The position numbers were made by a program, and so were the translations under genes. Shown in pieces: positions 29,240 through 41,056 of a DNA stretch of 64,000 nt. Under the pieces are notes generated by a model. It worked only from the letters and a program-made list of their open reading frames with translations. It did no database searches and had not been told where the DNA came from. How positions within the stretch are numbered: position 1 is the stretch's first letter; every line of letters begins with the position of its first letter. Source of the DNA: Eledone cirrhosa (taxonomy: Eukaryota); assembly GCA_964016885.1 (NCBI GenBank), contig OZ024741.1, positions 292,206,001 through 292,270,000 of the forward strand, read 5' to 3'.

Positions 29240-29855
29240 GAGAGAGAGGATACTGTGGCTCACATTGTATCCGAGTGTAAACACCTAGCCCAGACTCACT
29301 ATAAAGGCTGGAGACATGATGTGATAGGCAGGGTGATCCACAATTTACCACATTCTGAGAAGTGGTATGAGCATAAGCCAGAGTCGGTGATAGAAAACGA
29401 TCAACAGAAGGTGCTGTGGGATTTTAGGATACAGACGGACAAGAAACTGGAACACAATAGACCTGACCTGGTGGTTTTGGACAAGGAAAAAAAAATCGTG
29501 CCTGATTGTAGATGTAGCCTGCCCATTTGACACGAGAATGCAAGAGAAGGAGAGAGAGAAAATTAAACGATACCAGGACTTAAAGTGGGACTTAAAAAGG
29601 ATTTGGAACTGCCATGAAGTCAAAGTGGTCCCGATTGTCATAGATGCACTAGGTACTATCTCAAAGAGTTTCCAAGGATGGTTAAAGAAGGTTAGTCCAG
29701 CCCCGCTTTTTGGAACACTTCAAAAGGCATGCTTGCTGGGAACAGCAATAACCCTCCGATACGTCCTGAATATCTGAGGCTGCAGGTAGCGGCTTGATAT
29801 TCATTTCAACAAACTTTCCAGTTAAATAACATCAATGACTGAGACTCAAAGAGCA
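29240..29855 (+). mobile_element. R4/Dong-clade non-LTR retrotransposon 3' fragment (restriction-like endonuclease)
   Basis: HIVSEC..RHD, LWDFRIQTD..HNRPDLVV, EKIKRYQDL, VVPIVIDALG; flanked on both sides by (AAT)n. Confidence 0.88.
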
Positions 29856-29884
29856 ATAATAATAATAATATAATGATAATAAAT

Positions 29885-30432
29885 AATTGTTTCTGGTTTA
29901 GACACAAGACCAACAATTTCAGGGGAGAGAAAGTCAATAAATAGATTCCAATGCATTACTGGTACTTTATTCTATTGGCCCTGTAAATATGAAAGGAAAA
30001 GCTAACCTCGGAAGGATTTGAACTCAGAACGTAAAGACCCATAACTCTTTGCCGCTAAGCATGTTGTCCAATGCTCTACCGATTCTGCCAATCCGCCGCC
30101 CTGATGATAATGATAAAAAATAATTGTTTCTACTTTAGGCACAAGGCCAGCAATTAACCAGTGCATTACTGGTACTTTATTTTATCGACCCCGTAAGGAT
30201 GAAAGGCAAAGTTAACCTCGGCAGGATTTACTGGTTTAGACACAATTTGAGGGGAGAGAAAGTCGATTAAATCAACCTTAGTGCATGACTAATACTTTAT
30301 TTTATCGACCACGCAAAGATGAAAGGCAAAGCTAACCTCGGCGGGATTTGAAATCAATGTAAAGGGATGTAACTATATGCTGCAAAATATGTTGTTTGTT
30401 GCTCTATCAATACTCCCAATCCACCACCCTTA
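29885..30432 (-). mobile_element. Cluster of OK-like SINEs (2 full, 1 truncated)
   Basis: Repeated core/tail motifs at ~29885-30100, 30120-30230 and 30232-30430. Confidence 0.85.
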
Positions 30433-30795
30433 ATAATACAACTTATAATAATAATACAAAAAATAATAATCTTTTATTATTATTTATATATTTTCATTTT
30501 ATTTGTATTTTGAAGAAGTAATATGAAAATTATCTGAGAAAACATGCAAACATGAGATTTTGTCAAATTTAGGCATGTTGTTATTGCTATGATACATTTT
30601 ATTATTGCTATTATTATATATGGTACTACTTTTTAGTTGGTTCATGGTGGGGGGTTTTTTTATATTATATTTTTGCTATTAGTGCTGCAATAGCTATATC
30701 GGTCAGACGAAACACTAATGGATTATAAAAGACTGCATCAGGATATTCAGTACATGCTAACACATACACATACAGATACTGAGATAGAGACATAC

Positions 30796-30872
<77 letters not shown>

Positions 30873-31210
30873 CACTCATTACACAAACATAGATGCACAG
30901 AGATCTTCATTCAATCATGTACTTACTCTCCTTGCATACATGTGCACATATATACATGTACATACATCTATATGAATATAACAATAGCTTTATTAGCTTT
31001 ATTATATAGAAACAACATAATATGACAGCTGCAGCTTGATAATGTCTGTCTTCCACATTTGTGGCTGTTGTAGTCCATGTCTGATTTGCCGAGTTTGGGA
31101 AGTTGTGTGATCTGCATTCGGTTTGCCGAATGTGAAGGATGGGTTGTGGATCAATTTAGCAGGAGTCATGAGTGAAAGTTACCATTATGTCTGTATGTGA
31201 ACAATCTCTT

Positions 31211-31261
<51 letters not shown>

Positions 31262-31307
31262 GGGGAGGGAGGCAGAGATTTTTCACATACAGACATAATG
31301 CTAACTT

Positions 31308-31350
<43 letters not shown>

Positions 31351-31869
31351 AAACAATAAATGCATCCACTACGAGCTGTAAAGTGGTTGGTGATAGGAGG
31401 TGCATCCAGCCATAGAAAGCTTGCTAAACGAAGGGTTGAGAGGACCCTCAGTGGTGTCAAAGACATGACAAACTCTCTTATGCATTCAGTAGGCTATGAA
31501 ACAGTACATAAGCAAGATCAGATCCCTGGCATGTGCAAAAGATCATCAGCCCCACTTCAGTACTATCTTGGTCTATGTAGACCCGTCCAACCCTTGCTAG
31601 CAGGGAATGCGAACGTTAAAACAATGATGATGATGTATTTCTATATATAAAGGGATGCTGGCCTTATTCTCACCATGTTAGAGAATAGACAGTTGATTTT
31701 TAATGCAAAGTCTGTCTCTGATGAAAAGATGTCCCATCCAACATAAGCTGGAGTTTAGTGACTTTTGAGTAAGAGGCTGAACTACATACAGGCATGAGAC
31801 AATATAGAAAAAGGTAGATGTAGAAGTTGCAAGAGCCCTAAATAGGTTGTTGAATCAGCTATGTTTTCA

Positions 31870-32086
31870 CCCTTTAGCATTTAAACTAGCTGTATCCGGC
31901 CAGAATTCTCTCACCTCTTTCTGTTCAAATCGCATGTAACTGGCTGCTCATAATTATGTTAAGGTATTGTTCTCAAAATAAATAATATCAAAATATCATA
32001 GATTCGATATTATGTTAGATAATTATGTAAGGTAAAGCTTTTACCATGAAAATACAATAGTAAATATAAAGTAATATAAATGTTAA
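31870..32086. mobile_element. piggyBac-type MITE (decayed copy)
   Basis: Starts CCCTTTAGCATTTAAAC; reverse-complement homolog of 33862-34085. Confidence 0.7.
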
Positions 32087-32104
32087 TTGATGCATATGAC
32101 ATGA

Positions 32105-32215
32105 GGTGTGGAGGCATGTGGCCTAGTTGCAAGGGTGTTGGACTTACAGTCATAATGTTGTAGATTCGATTCCTGGACTGCCTTGTTTGTTGTGTTCTTG
32201 AGCAAAGTTTTAAAT
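32105..32215 (+). mobile_element. tRNA-derived SINE head (OR-like)
   Basis: A-box GTGGCCTAGTTG, B-box ATTCGATTCC, TGTTCTTGAGCAA. Confidence 0.65.
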
Positions 32216-32526
32216 GTACAGGAGTAGTTATGTATTAAGACCATATACAACATAAATTCCTTCATAGGCCCACTTTAGGAGCGAGTCCCACAAGGTGGGG
32301 TGGCTGTTGCAGAGTGTCTCTCTGGCCATTCTCCATGGTATTTGCCATTTTGTCTGTGAGGTGCAGCTGAAACACAGCTTAGACTGGGTTGTGGTGTCTG
32401 TCCCCCTCTCCCTTTCTGTCATTGCTTGATTCTGATTTTTTTTCTTCTTTTCATTTCCTTTATTTTCTGTTCCTTTTGATAATTTTTGTATTTGTAAATA
32501 AATACAAGGTGTTATACATTTAAATG

Positions 32527-32765
32527 TGAAGGTGCGTAGCTGAGTGGTTAGAGAATTGGATTCGCAATCGCGAGGTTGTGGGTTCGATTCCCGAACCAGG
32601 CGATGTGTTCTGTCCTTGGGCAAGACACTTTATTCCACGTTGTTCCTTCTATCTGGAGTTGTGACCGATAGAAAGTATTAGCAATTGGAAAGACCAATGG
32701 AAACATTGTTTCCTCGGTCCGATTTGACGAAAGTCGATCGACTGTCGATACATTAAAAAAAAAAA
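32527..32765 (+). mobile_element. tRNA-derived SINE (OR-like head) with structured 3' module
   Basis: TAGCTGAGTGGTTAGA..GGTTCGATTCCC..TGTCCTTGGGCAAGACACTT; 3' hairpin module; A-tail. Confidence 0.8.
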
Positions 32766-33861
32766 GAACGAAGTAATTGATAATAGTTAATGTAATGATA
32801 CCATTTCAAGAGGTTAAGGTATAAAGTGGGGGAGATTTAGTCATTATTTCTAACAATTCGTGCAACCATGTACAGGCTTCTTCATTGAATGCAGTGCTGG
32901 ATGTGATGGTGGTAATAAGCATGAAGTGTGTGTGGGCGTTGGGGGGGGGGGGGTCTGTCAGATGTTTAGACAGAAATAATGTCATGTGGCAGTGTGAAGT
33001 GATGTGTGAAGATATTCAGGGTATTTCATGGATGGAGAATGTGGAGGAGGTAGGAACTGGAATGGTGTAGGGGGAGTAAAAGCTTCCCAGCAGCAGCAAC
33101 ATCAGTAGCAGCATTGGTGATAATCTTGGCAGATTTGTATCAGTGCATCTTTCTAGTTTATGGACCAGTGACCACAGCATCTGTGAATGAGTGAATGTGA
33201 TGTGTATGTGTGTGTGATTAAGATAGGGCGGAGGAGATGTGCAATTGTCTGAGAAATAGGAGAAAATGAAAAGAAATGAATGGACTAAGAATGAGAGAGG
33301 GAGTGAGAGAGAGAGCGGGAGAGAGAGAGAGAGCGGGAGAGAGACCCCCCCACACACACACACACAAATAAAGAGAGAGGGAGTGAGATTTAGAACAGAA
33401 AAAGAAACAATGAAGAGAGACAAGAATAGATGAAAAGAAAAAGAAAGATTTACAGGTGGCGAGAGAGAGAAGCAGACCCCCATGAAAATACAGAGAGAGA
33501 GAGAGAGAGAGGGAGAGACAAGCAGACCCCCATGAAAATACAGAGAGAGAGAGAGAGGGAGGGAGAGAGAGACAAGCAGACCCCCATGAAAATACAGAGA
33601 GAGAGAGAGGAAGAGAAAGTGGTTGATAATATTTTCAGCCATGATCAGGTAGGCCTATGATGAAAGTCATTTCAGCCATCCCCATCCTTATCTTTTTTCT
33701 GGTATACAGGGAACCTCCAGAACCACATAACCTAAGGCAGAGGCCCCCAAACACCGGGCTGCAGCCTGGTACCAGTCAATGGATCATTTGCTATCGGGCT
33801 GCAGAGAAATAATTAACTTCTTTAATATTATATAATAGATAAATTGAATATAGGACTTTAA

Positions 33862-34085
33862 CCCTTTAGCATTTACATTACTTTATATATACTATTGTAT
33901 TTTTGTGGTAAAGGTTTTATCTTACATAATTATCTCACATGATATCGAATCTACAAGATTTGATGTTATTTATTTTGAGAACAATACCTTAACGCCAGTA
34001 TGAGTGGCCAGTTAGAGCCGGTTTGAACAGATAAGGGGGGGGGGGGGAATTCTAGCCGGGTACGGCCAGTTTAAATGCTAAAGAG
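33862..34085. mobile_element. piggyBac-type MITE with TTAA target duplication
   Basis: TTAA-CCCTTTAGCATTT ... AAATGCTAAAGAG-TTAA (TTAA at 33858-33861 and 34086-34089). Confidence 0.85.
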
Positions 34086-34207
34086 TTAATTTTAAAATAT
34101 TTACATGAGAGTCAAAAGGTGATACAGCTTTTCTTCCCTTTAATAAATTGCTCTTGTTATTATTGCTCGCTTTATCGAAATGCACTTAAATAACAAAGGT
34201 GCAACTA

Positions 34208-35812
34208 CTGCCACCTGTCTCTTCCCCCACCATGTGAACCTTCCACCACCACCACTGCCACCTGTCTCTTCCCCCACCATGTGACCCTTCCACCACCACC
34301 ACTGCCACCTGTCTCTTCCCCCACCATGTGAACCTTCCACCACCACCACTGCCACCTGTCTCTTCCCCCACCATGTGACCCTTCCACCACCACCACTGCC
34401 ACCTGTCTCTTCCCCCACCATGTGAACCTTCCACCACCACCACTGCCACCTGTCTCTTCCCCCACCATGTGAACCTTCCACCACCACCACTGCCACCTGT
34501 CTCTTCCCCCACCATGTGAACCTTCCACCACCACCACTGCCACCTGTCTCTTCCCCCACCATGTGAACCTTCCACCACCACCACTGCCACCTGTCTCTTC
34601 CCCCACCATGTGACCCTTCCACCACCACCACTGCCACCTGTCTCTTCCCCCACCATGTGAACCTTCCACCACCACCACTGCCACCTGTCTCTTCCCCCAC
34701 CATGTGAACCTTCCACCACCACCACTGCCACCTGTCTCTTCCCCCACCATGTGAACCTTCCACCACCACCACTGCCACCTGTCTCTTCCCCCACCATGTG
34801 AACCTTCCACCACCACCACTGCCACCTGTCTCTTCCCCCACCATGTGAACCTTCCACCACCACCACTGCCACCTGTCTCTTCCCCCACCATGTGAACCTT
34901 CCACCACCACCACTGCCACCTGTCTCTTCCCCCACCATGTGAACCTTCCACCACCACCACTGCCACCTGTCTCTTCCCCCACCATGTGAACCTTCCACCA
35001 CCACCACTGCCACCTGTCTCTTCCCCCACCATGTGAACCTTCCACCACCACCACTGCCACCTGTCTCATCCCCCACCATGTGACCCTTCCACCACCACCA
35101 CTGCCACCTGTCTCATCCCCCACCATGTGAACCTTCCACCACCACCACTGCCACCTGTCTCTTCCCCCACCATGTGAACCTTCCACCACCACCACTGCCA
35201 CCTGTCTCTTCCCCCACCATGTGAACCTTCCACCACCACCACTGCCACCTGTCTCTTCCCCCACCATGTGAACCTTCCACCACCACCACTGCCACCTGTC
35301 TCTTCCCCCACCATGTGAACCTTCCACCACCACCACTGCCACCTGTCTCTTCCACCATGTGAACCTTCCACCACCACCACTGCCACCTGTCTCTTCCCCC
35401 ACCATGTGAACCTTCCACCACCACCACTGCCACCTGTCTCTTCCCCCACCATGTGAACCTTCCACCACCACCACTGCCACCTGTCTCTTCCCCCACCATG
35501 TGAACCTTCCACCACCACCACTGCCACCTGTCTCTTCCCCCACCATGTGAACCTTCCACCACCACCACTGCCACCTGTCTCTTCCCCCACCATGTGACCC
35601 TTCCACCACCACCACTGCCACCTGTCTCTTCCCCCACCATGTGAACCTTCCACCACCACCACTGCCACCTGTCTCTTCCCCCACCATGTGAACCTTCCAC
35701 CACCACCACTGCCACCTGTCTCTTCCCCCACCATGTGACCCTTCCACCACCACCACTGCCACCTGTCTCATCCCCCACCATGTGAACCTTCCACCACCAC
35801 CACCACCACCAC
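34208..35812. repeat. 47-bp minisatellite, ~34 near-identical copies
   Basis: Unit CTGCCACCTGTCTCTTCCCCCACCATGTGAACCTTCCACCACCACCA; period confirmed from 34208 to 34255. Confidence 0.98.
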
Positions 35813-35883
35813 CACAGGACCTCCAACTACCACCATGCTGTTTTTTAGGTATATTTCATCACATTGCTTTTAAAACACACATA

Positions 35884-36008
35884 GGTCAACTTTGCCATTT
35901 CATCCTTATGGGGTCAATAAAATAAAGTACCAGTAATGCACTGGGGTCAATTTAATCGACTTTCTCCTCCCTCCCCAAATTGTTGGCCTTGTGCCTAAAT
36001 CAGAAACC
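35884..36008 (+). mobile_element. 5'-truncated OK-like SINE
   Basis: Core and tail motifs. Confidence 0.8.
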
Positions 36009-36359
36009 CTAACTCTATCCAATATCACGTGCACACAAGGCTCGATAGAATATTTCAGTTGTAAGCACACGGTAAACAACGAAGGCTATGCGTTGTCCCT
36101 TCTCCGATGCAACTCTTCCTCCTCAGAAAATCCCCCTGTTGATGGATGTAAAATCTGAAAAATAGGGAATAATAAATTGCCTCCAAAGTAACTCTATCTC
36201 TTGTCTTTTTATGCCTTACTTACATTCTTTTATGCTCTCTATGTCTATTTCTACACTCCTTCCTACTTCTCCCCTCATCTCCCTACCACCTGATTTTGTT
36301 ACCCGGAGATTTACCCATTTACATTGTTGAGGTTTCCCAAAACGACTATTTTATATATA

Positions 36360-37170
36360 TACTAGCAGCAGTACCCAGCGTTGCCTGGGTAGGTAAAATA
36401 ATATCTGCTTTGATGAAAAGGTGTTGATCTTAGCGACTGCTTCTCAATGACTCATCTATGGCCACACACAGGCCATGCGGGGGAGGGTGGTGATGACCTC
36501 TATCACTGAGAAACGCGGGTGACTGACGAAGGGGCATACTGGGGGAGGGAGGTAATGACCTCTAACACTAAGCCAAATTTCCTCACGCTACTTGATTGGA
36601 AACCGATGAATTCTCAAATACACAACTAAAAGCTCAGACGACGTCAGTGGCCATTGTTTTGCTTTTGACCATCTATAAGATGGGCAATGATAGCTTCTAT
36701 CGTAGTATAAAAGTTGAACCAAATAAATTAATTTATGTGTGAGGTGGAGCCGAAGTTTCGAATTTGAACGAAATCAATTGAAAAATGTGGGAGCTGAGCC
36801 GAAAAGGCGGAAATTTGAGCGAAAATGTGGTATTTTCGAATATTTACGCGGCTGCCACGCCGTTCCTGAACAACAAATGCAATATATAAAGCCATTACAG
36901 GATGTGCAATGATAAATTCTATTTTTCTTTAAAATTTGAAGGAAATCGGTGGCAAAATGCTAGAGCCAAAAATCTTATTTTAGATACCTAAAAAAAGGTG
37001 ACCCGCCTATCGATTTTTATCTGCAGAATGACCTGGGAATAAAAAAAACACGATACGCTGATATATAGAAAACACTATGACTAATCTATGAGCCTGTAAA
37101 GTTTCATGAAAATCGGTCGTAAGATGTAGGCCCTATAGGTAATAGGCAGACACACACATACTTAATTTTA
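36360..37170 (-). mobile_element. Non-autonomous Helitron/Helentron-like element
   Basis: Minus-strand 3' end CTAGT preceded by hairpin TACCCAG-GCAACG-CTGGGTA; AAATTTGAAGGAAATCGG / AAGTTTCATGAAAATCGG motifs; (CA) tract near the other end; inserted in (TA)n. Confidence 0.7.
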
Positions 37171-37175
37171 TATAT

Positions 37176-37235
<60 letters not shown>

Positions 37236-37450
37236 CGTTTCTGAATTTGTTTAGCAAGATTCTTTATCTGAAATCGTGTGTTGAAACCGATATTGTTATA
37301 CTTTGGGAGGGTCATGTTGCCAATAAGAAACACACGCACCAGTTGCTTTCACTTCAATTTAATTTAATATATATTTATAAATTTACAAATTTATAAATTT
37401 CTGGTTGGTTGGTTGGTTCCACAACCAGATAGTTGTTTATATATATATAT

Positions 37451-37495
37451 AGTCATAGTTCTTTCGTCACACACTCTGTGACCTCTTCAGTGACT
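37451..37495 (-). ncRNA. Minimal hammerhead ribozyme (left arm)
   Basis: Mirror image of 37604-37648. Confidence 0.75.
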
Positions 37496-37603
37496 GGGGA
37501 TTTCTTTCTTCGTTTCTGTGCCTTTCCTTTCTTCTATCCTACGCCAGAAAAATGGCGTAGGATAGAAGAAAGGAAAGGCACAGAAACGAAGAAAGAAATC
37601 CCC

Positions 37604-37648
37604 AGTCACTGAAGAGGTCACAGAGTGTGTGACGAAAGAACTATGACT
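37604..37648 (+). ncRNA. Minimal hammerhead ribozyme (right arm)
   Basis: AGTCA-CTGAAGA-GGTCAC-AGAGTGT-GTGAC-GAAA-GAAC-TA-TGACT. Confidence 0.75.
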
Positions 37649-37801
37649 ATATATATATATAAACAACTATCTGGTTGTGGAACCAACCAACCAACCAGAA
37701 ATTTATAAATTTGTAAATTTATAAATATATATTAAATTAAATTGAAGTGAAAGCAACTGGTGCGTGTGTTTCTTATTGGCAACATGACCCTCCCAAAGTA
37801 T

Positions 37802-37849
<48 letters not shown>

Positions 37850-38760
37850 ATATCATGTTTCTCACATTTAATCAATGTTACATACATCATTAATATATGT
37901 TCTGTTCTTCTTATAGGTAAGTCATCAAATGTCTTTGTTTCATCCATTTACCAATTCCAAGGAATTTTGTGACAGATAGAAGACTACAAGAATACAATAT
38001 GGAGATGAATGAAGGAAATTTAGCAGCAGGATTTTGTATTGGACGGACATCTGGGTGGGCTTTAATTGATTGGAACCAACTACTACAGGTGAATAATTCA
38101 GTGTAGTTTATGTGTGTGCATTGTGCCTGTGAGTGCGTATGTTGTGTATGTATGCACATAATGTATATATATGCATGATAAATTATACATGCCTTGGAAT
38201 GTACCAGATTATACCTACACACGCACAAACTAATATATATATATATATATATTAGTTTGTTGTACGTGACTGGGTATCATCTGTGGGTATAATTGTGTGG
38301 GTATAATTGACAATTGAAAATATTCTAATAATAGGGCATTTAAGCCCCGATAACAGAAAAAAATGAGCATTAGCATATGTAGGAATAAAAAATATGAGGT
38401 GTGGGTTCGATTCCCGCACATGCTAATTGCTACTTTCTTTTCCAGTATGTATTCAATATATGCTGAAAGCTTCTAAATCTATGTTCAAAATGTTCAATTG
38501 CCATTGTATAGTCACACATGCTCTCCAAAGTAGCTGACAGAATAGACACGTGTATCTTTTTCTCATTTTTTTTTTCTGTTCTTTCCTCTTCTCACAGTTT
38601 ATCTTTCTATTTCATCTTTTATTTCTAATTCTAATGAAGGAATATTGTCTGAAACATTAAGACTCTTTTCTTGTTATTTCAAGTGTTAAATATATTTTTT
38701 CAATGTACTGTATCATTTGCTTTATGTCTGTTTACTTTTTACACACATACACACACACAA

Positions 38761-38869
<109 letters not shown>

Positions 38870-38877
38870 CATGTATG

Positions 38878-39240
38878 TCATCATCACCGTTTACATCCGT
38901 TCTTCCACGCTAGCATGGGTTAGGCGGGTTGTCCTGTTGTGGGCAGTGTCTGGTTGGCTGACCTTGTCTTTCTCATACAGTAATGATTCTGGCTTGATTT
39001 CTACAGCTGGATGCCCTTCCTAACACCAACCTCATTTACAGTGAGTGGTGGGTGCTTTTTTTGCCGTGGCACCTCCACGACCACCTTTGCAGTGGAATGA
39101 TATGGACCCCAGTCCCTATCATCTCATTTCTACAGCTGAGTAAACTGGAGCAATGTGAAATAAAGTGTCTTGCTCAAGGAAACAACACATCACCCGGTCC
39201 GAGAATTGAACTCACAACCTTTCGATTGCAAGCCCAATGC
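38878..39240 (-). mobile_element. RTE-tailed element plus OR-like SINE head
   Basis: Tail motif 38878-39090; minus-strand B-box GAGTTCAATTCTC and CCTTGAGCAAGACACTTTATTTCAC at 39150-39215. Confidence 0.7.
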
Positions 39241-39247
39241 ATATATA

Positions 39248-39500
39248 TATTGTTATACTTGGGGAGGGTCATATTGTTGTAATAACATTGCCAGAATTAA
39301 TAACAGAATACACTCACTGTTTGGTTGGTTTTCGCTTCTGTATCTTTTATATCAGTTAATTCATTCGGTCCTCAATGTTTACCATTGACTGACCAACGGT
39401 CAAAAATACAGATATAATATAGATATAAACACATATATATAGTCTAACAAAGTTCTTTCGTTGCACATCTGCAACTTCGTCAGTGGTGCTATTATGTTCC
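39248..39500 (-). mobile_element. PLE-like pLTR, reverse copy of 698-937, decayed hammerhead at 39446-39489
   Basis: Colinear similarity; core CTGACGA-AGTTGCAGATGTGCAAC-GAAA, but stem I is weak. Confidence 0.7.
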
Positions 39501-39526
39501 TACTGTTGTATTGTATAACTACGCCT

Positions 39527-39620
<94 letters not shown>

Positions 39621-40064
39621 CATTTATTAATATTATTGATATATATATGTATATATATATCAATAATATTAATAAATGGAAACTATTTTATTATATATAT
39701 TTCAAGGGTACCAACATTTTGGTACGCACTCGTCAGATAATATACAAACTTTGTTTTATAAATAGTGACATATCCATAAAAAAAAGAACTTATCTTTTAC
39801 TGTAGAATGCTTCGAATCTGTTATAAATAATTTTGTTGAATAACCAACAAATTAAATAACTCTTTGCTTATATATATATATAGTTTATTGGTGTGTAAGA
39901 TTAAGTTGCTATTGGTTCACCTGTTTGGGTACTTAATGCCTAAGTGGGTCCATATGACAATGTGGTATTGCCTATGTGGTGTTACACCATAGTTGGTAAC
40001 CTTAATAAGCAGACAGAGTTTTAATAATGAAGAGTAGAAACGAAGTATCAATATAGCATCATTC

Positions 40065-40202
40065 TGTTTATTCACATGTGACACACATTCTGTGATTGAT
40101 TAACTCAAAGTACAGTCAGTATTGATCATGCCCAACTCTGAAATCAATAGATTATACCTTGAGCTGATCAATCAGGAAACATGTGTCACACGTGAATAAA
40201 CA
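40065..40202. mobile_element. Small MITE-like foldback
   Basis: ~45-bp imperfect TIRs TGTTTATTCACATGTGACAC.. / ..GTGTCACACGTGAATAAACA. Confidence 0.6.
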
Positions 40203-40219
40203 TGCGTTGTTCCTGGTAA

Positions 40220-40906
40220 AGGGACGCCATGCTTTGACGCGTTACGGTCCTTTTCGTTCTGAGTTCAAATCCCGCCGAGGCTAACTTTGCCTTTCATCCT
40301 TATGGGGTCGATAAAATAAAGTACCAGTAATGCACTGGTTATTGCTGGATTGTGCCAAAAGTAGAACCAATTATTATTATTAATACATAATTGTTTCTAC
40401 TTTTGGCACAAGGCCAGCAATTATTCCAGTGCATTACTGGTACTTTATTTTATCGACCCCGTAAGGATGAAAGGCAAAGTTAACCTCGGCGGGATTTGAA
40501 CTCAGATCATAAAGGGAGGTAACTCTATGCTTCAAAGCATGGCGTCCGACCCTTACCGATACTGCCAATACATAATGGGCGGTAGATTGGCAGTATCGGT
40601 AGAGGGTCGGACGCCATGCTCTGCAGCATTGAGTTACAGACCTTTATGATCTGATTTCAAATCCCGCCGATGTTAACTTTGCCTTTCATCCTTACGAGGT
40701 CGATAAAATAAAGTACCAGTCACGCACTGGGGTAATAGCTGGCCTTCTGCCAAAAGTAGAAACAATTATTATTATTAATACATGTATATATATTAAATCA
40801 CGCCGAGGTTGACTTTGCCTTTCATCCTTACGGGGTCGATAAAATAAAGTACCAGTAATGCACTGGATAATTGCTGGCCTTGTGCCTAAAGTAGAAACAA
40901 TTATTA

Positions 40907-40908
<2 letters not shown>
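40220..40908. mobile_element. Cluster of four OK-like SINEs in alternating orientation
   Basis: + ~40220-40380, - 40388-40570, + 40577-40775, + 40795-40905. Confidence 0.88.
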
Positions 40909-40937
<29 letters not shown>

Positions 40938-40982
40938 GTGACGAAACATAAGTCAATTGCATGAATTCATAATCCTTTATTT

Positions 40983-41056
40983 ACTGCTATATATATTTTG
41001 ATGATAGCCATAGTGGCTATGACCTCATCATAGTGGCTATGACCTCATCAGGCAGT
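40983..41056 (-). pseudogene. Decayed hammerhead ribozyme (GAAA to AAAA, internal 21-bp duplication)
   Basis: Minus strand: ACTGC-CTGATGA-..ATAGCCA-CTA-TGGCTAT..C-AAAA-TATATA-TA-GCAGT. Confidence 0.65.

Larger units (their letters stand above)
37290..37809. repeat. 520-bp near-perfect palindrome of a PLE-like pLTR ('MTLPKYNNI' family)
   Basis: Arms 37290-37546 and 37553-37809 (257 bp each), 6-nt spacer GAAAAA. Confidence 0.95.

Noticed and set aside
33736-33810. hAT-like left terminus CAGAGGCCCCCAA
   Set aside because: No matching right TIR or 8-bp TSD found
34140-35826. 543-aa Trp/Gly-rich ORF; also considered as a CRISPR-like array
   Set aside because: A stop-free 47-bp minisatellite open in several frames, with no unique spacers
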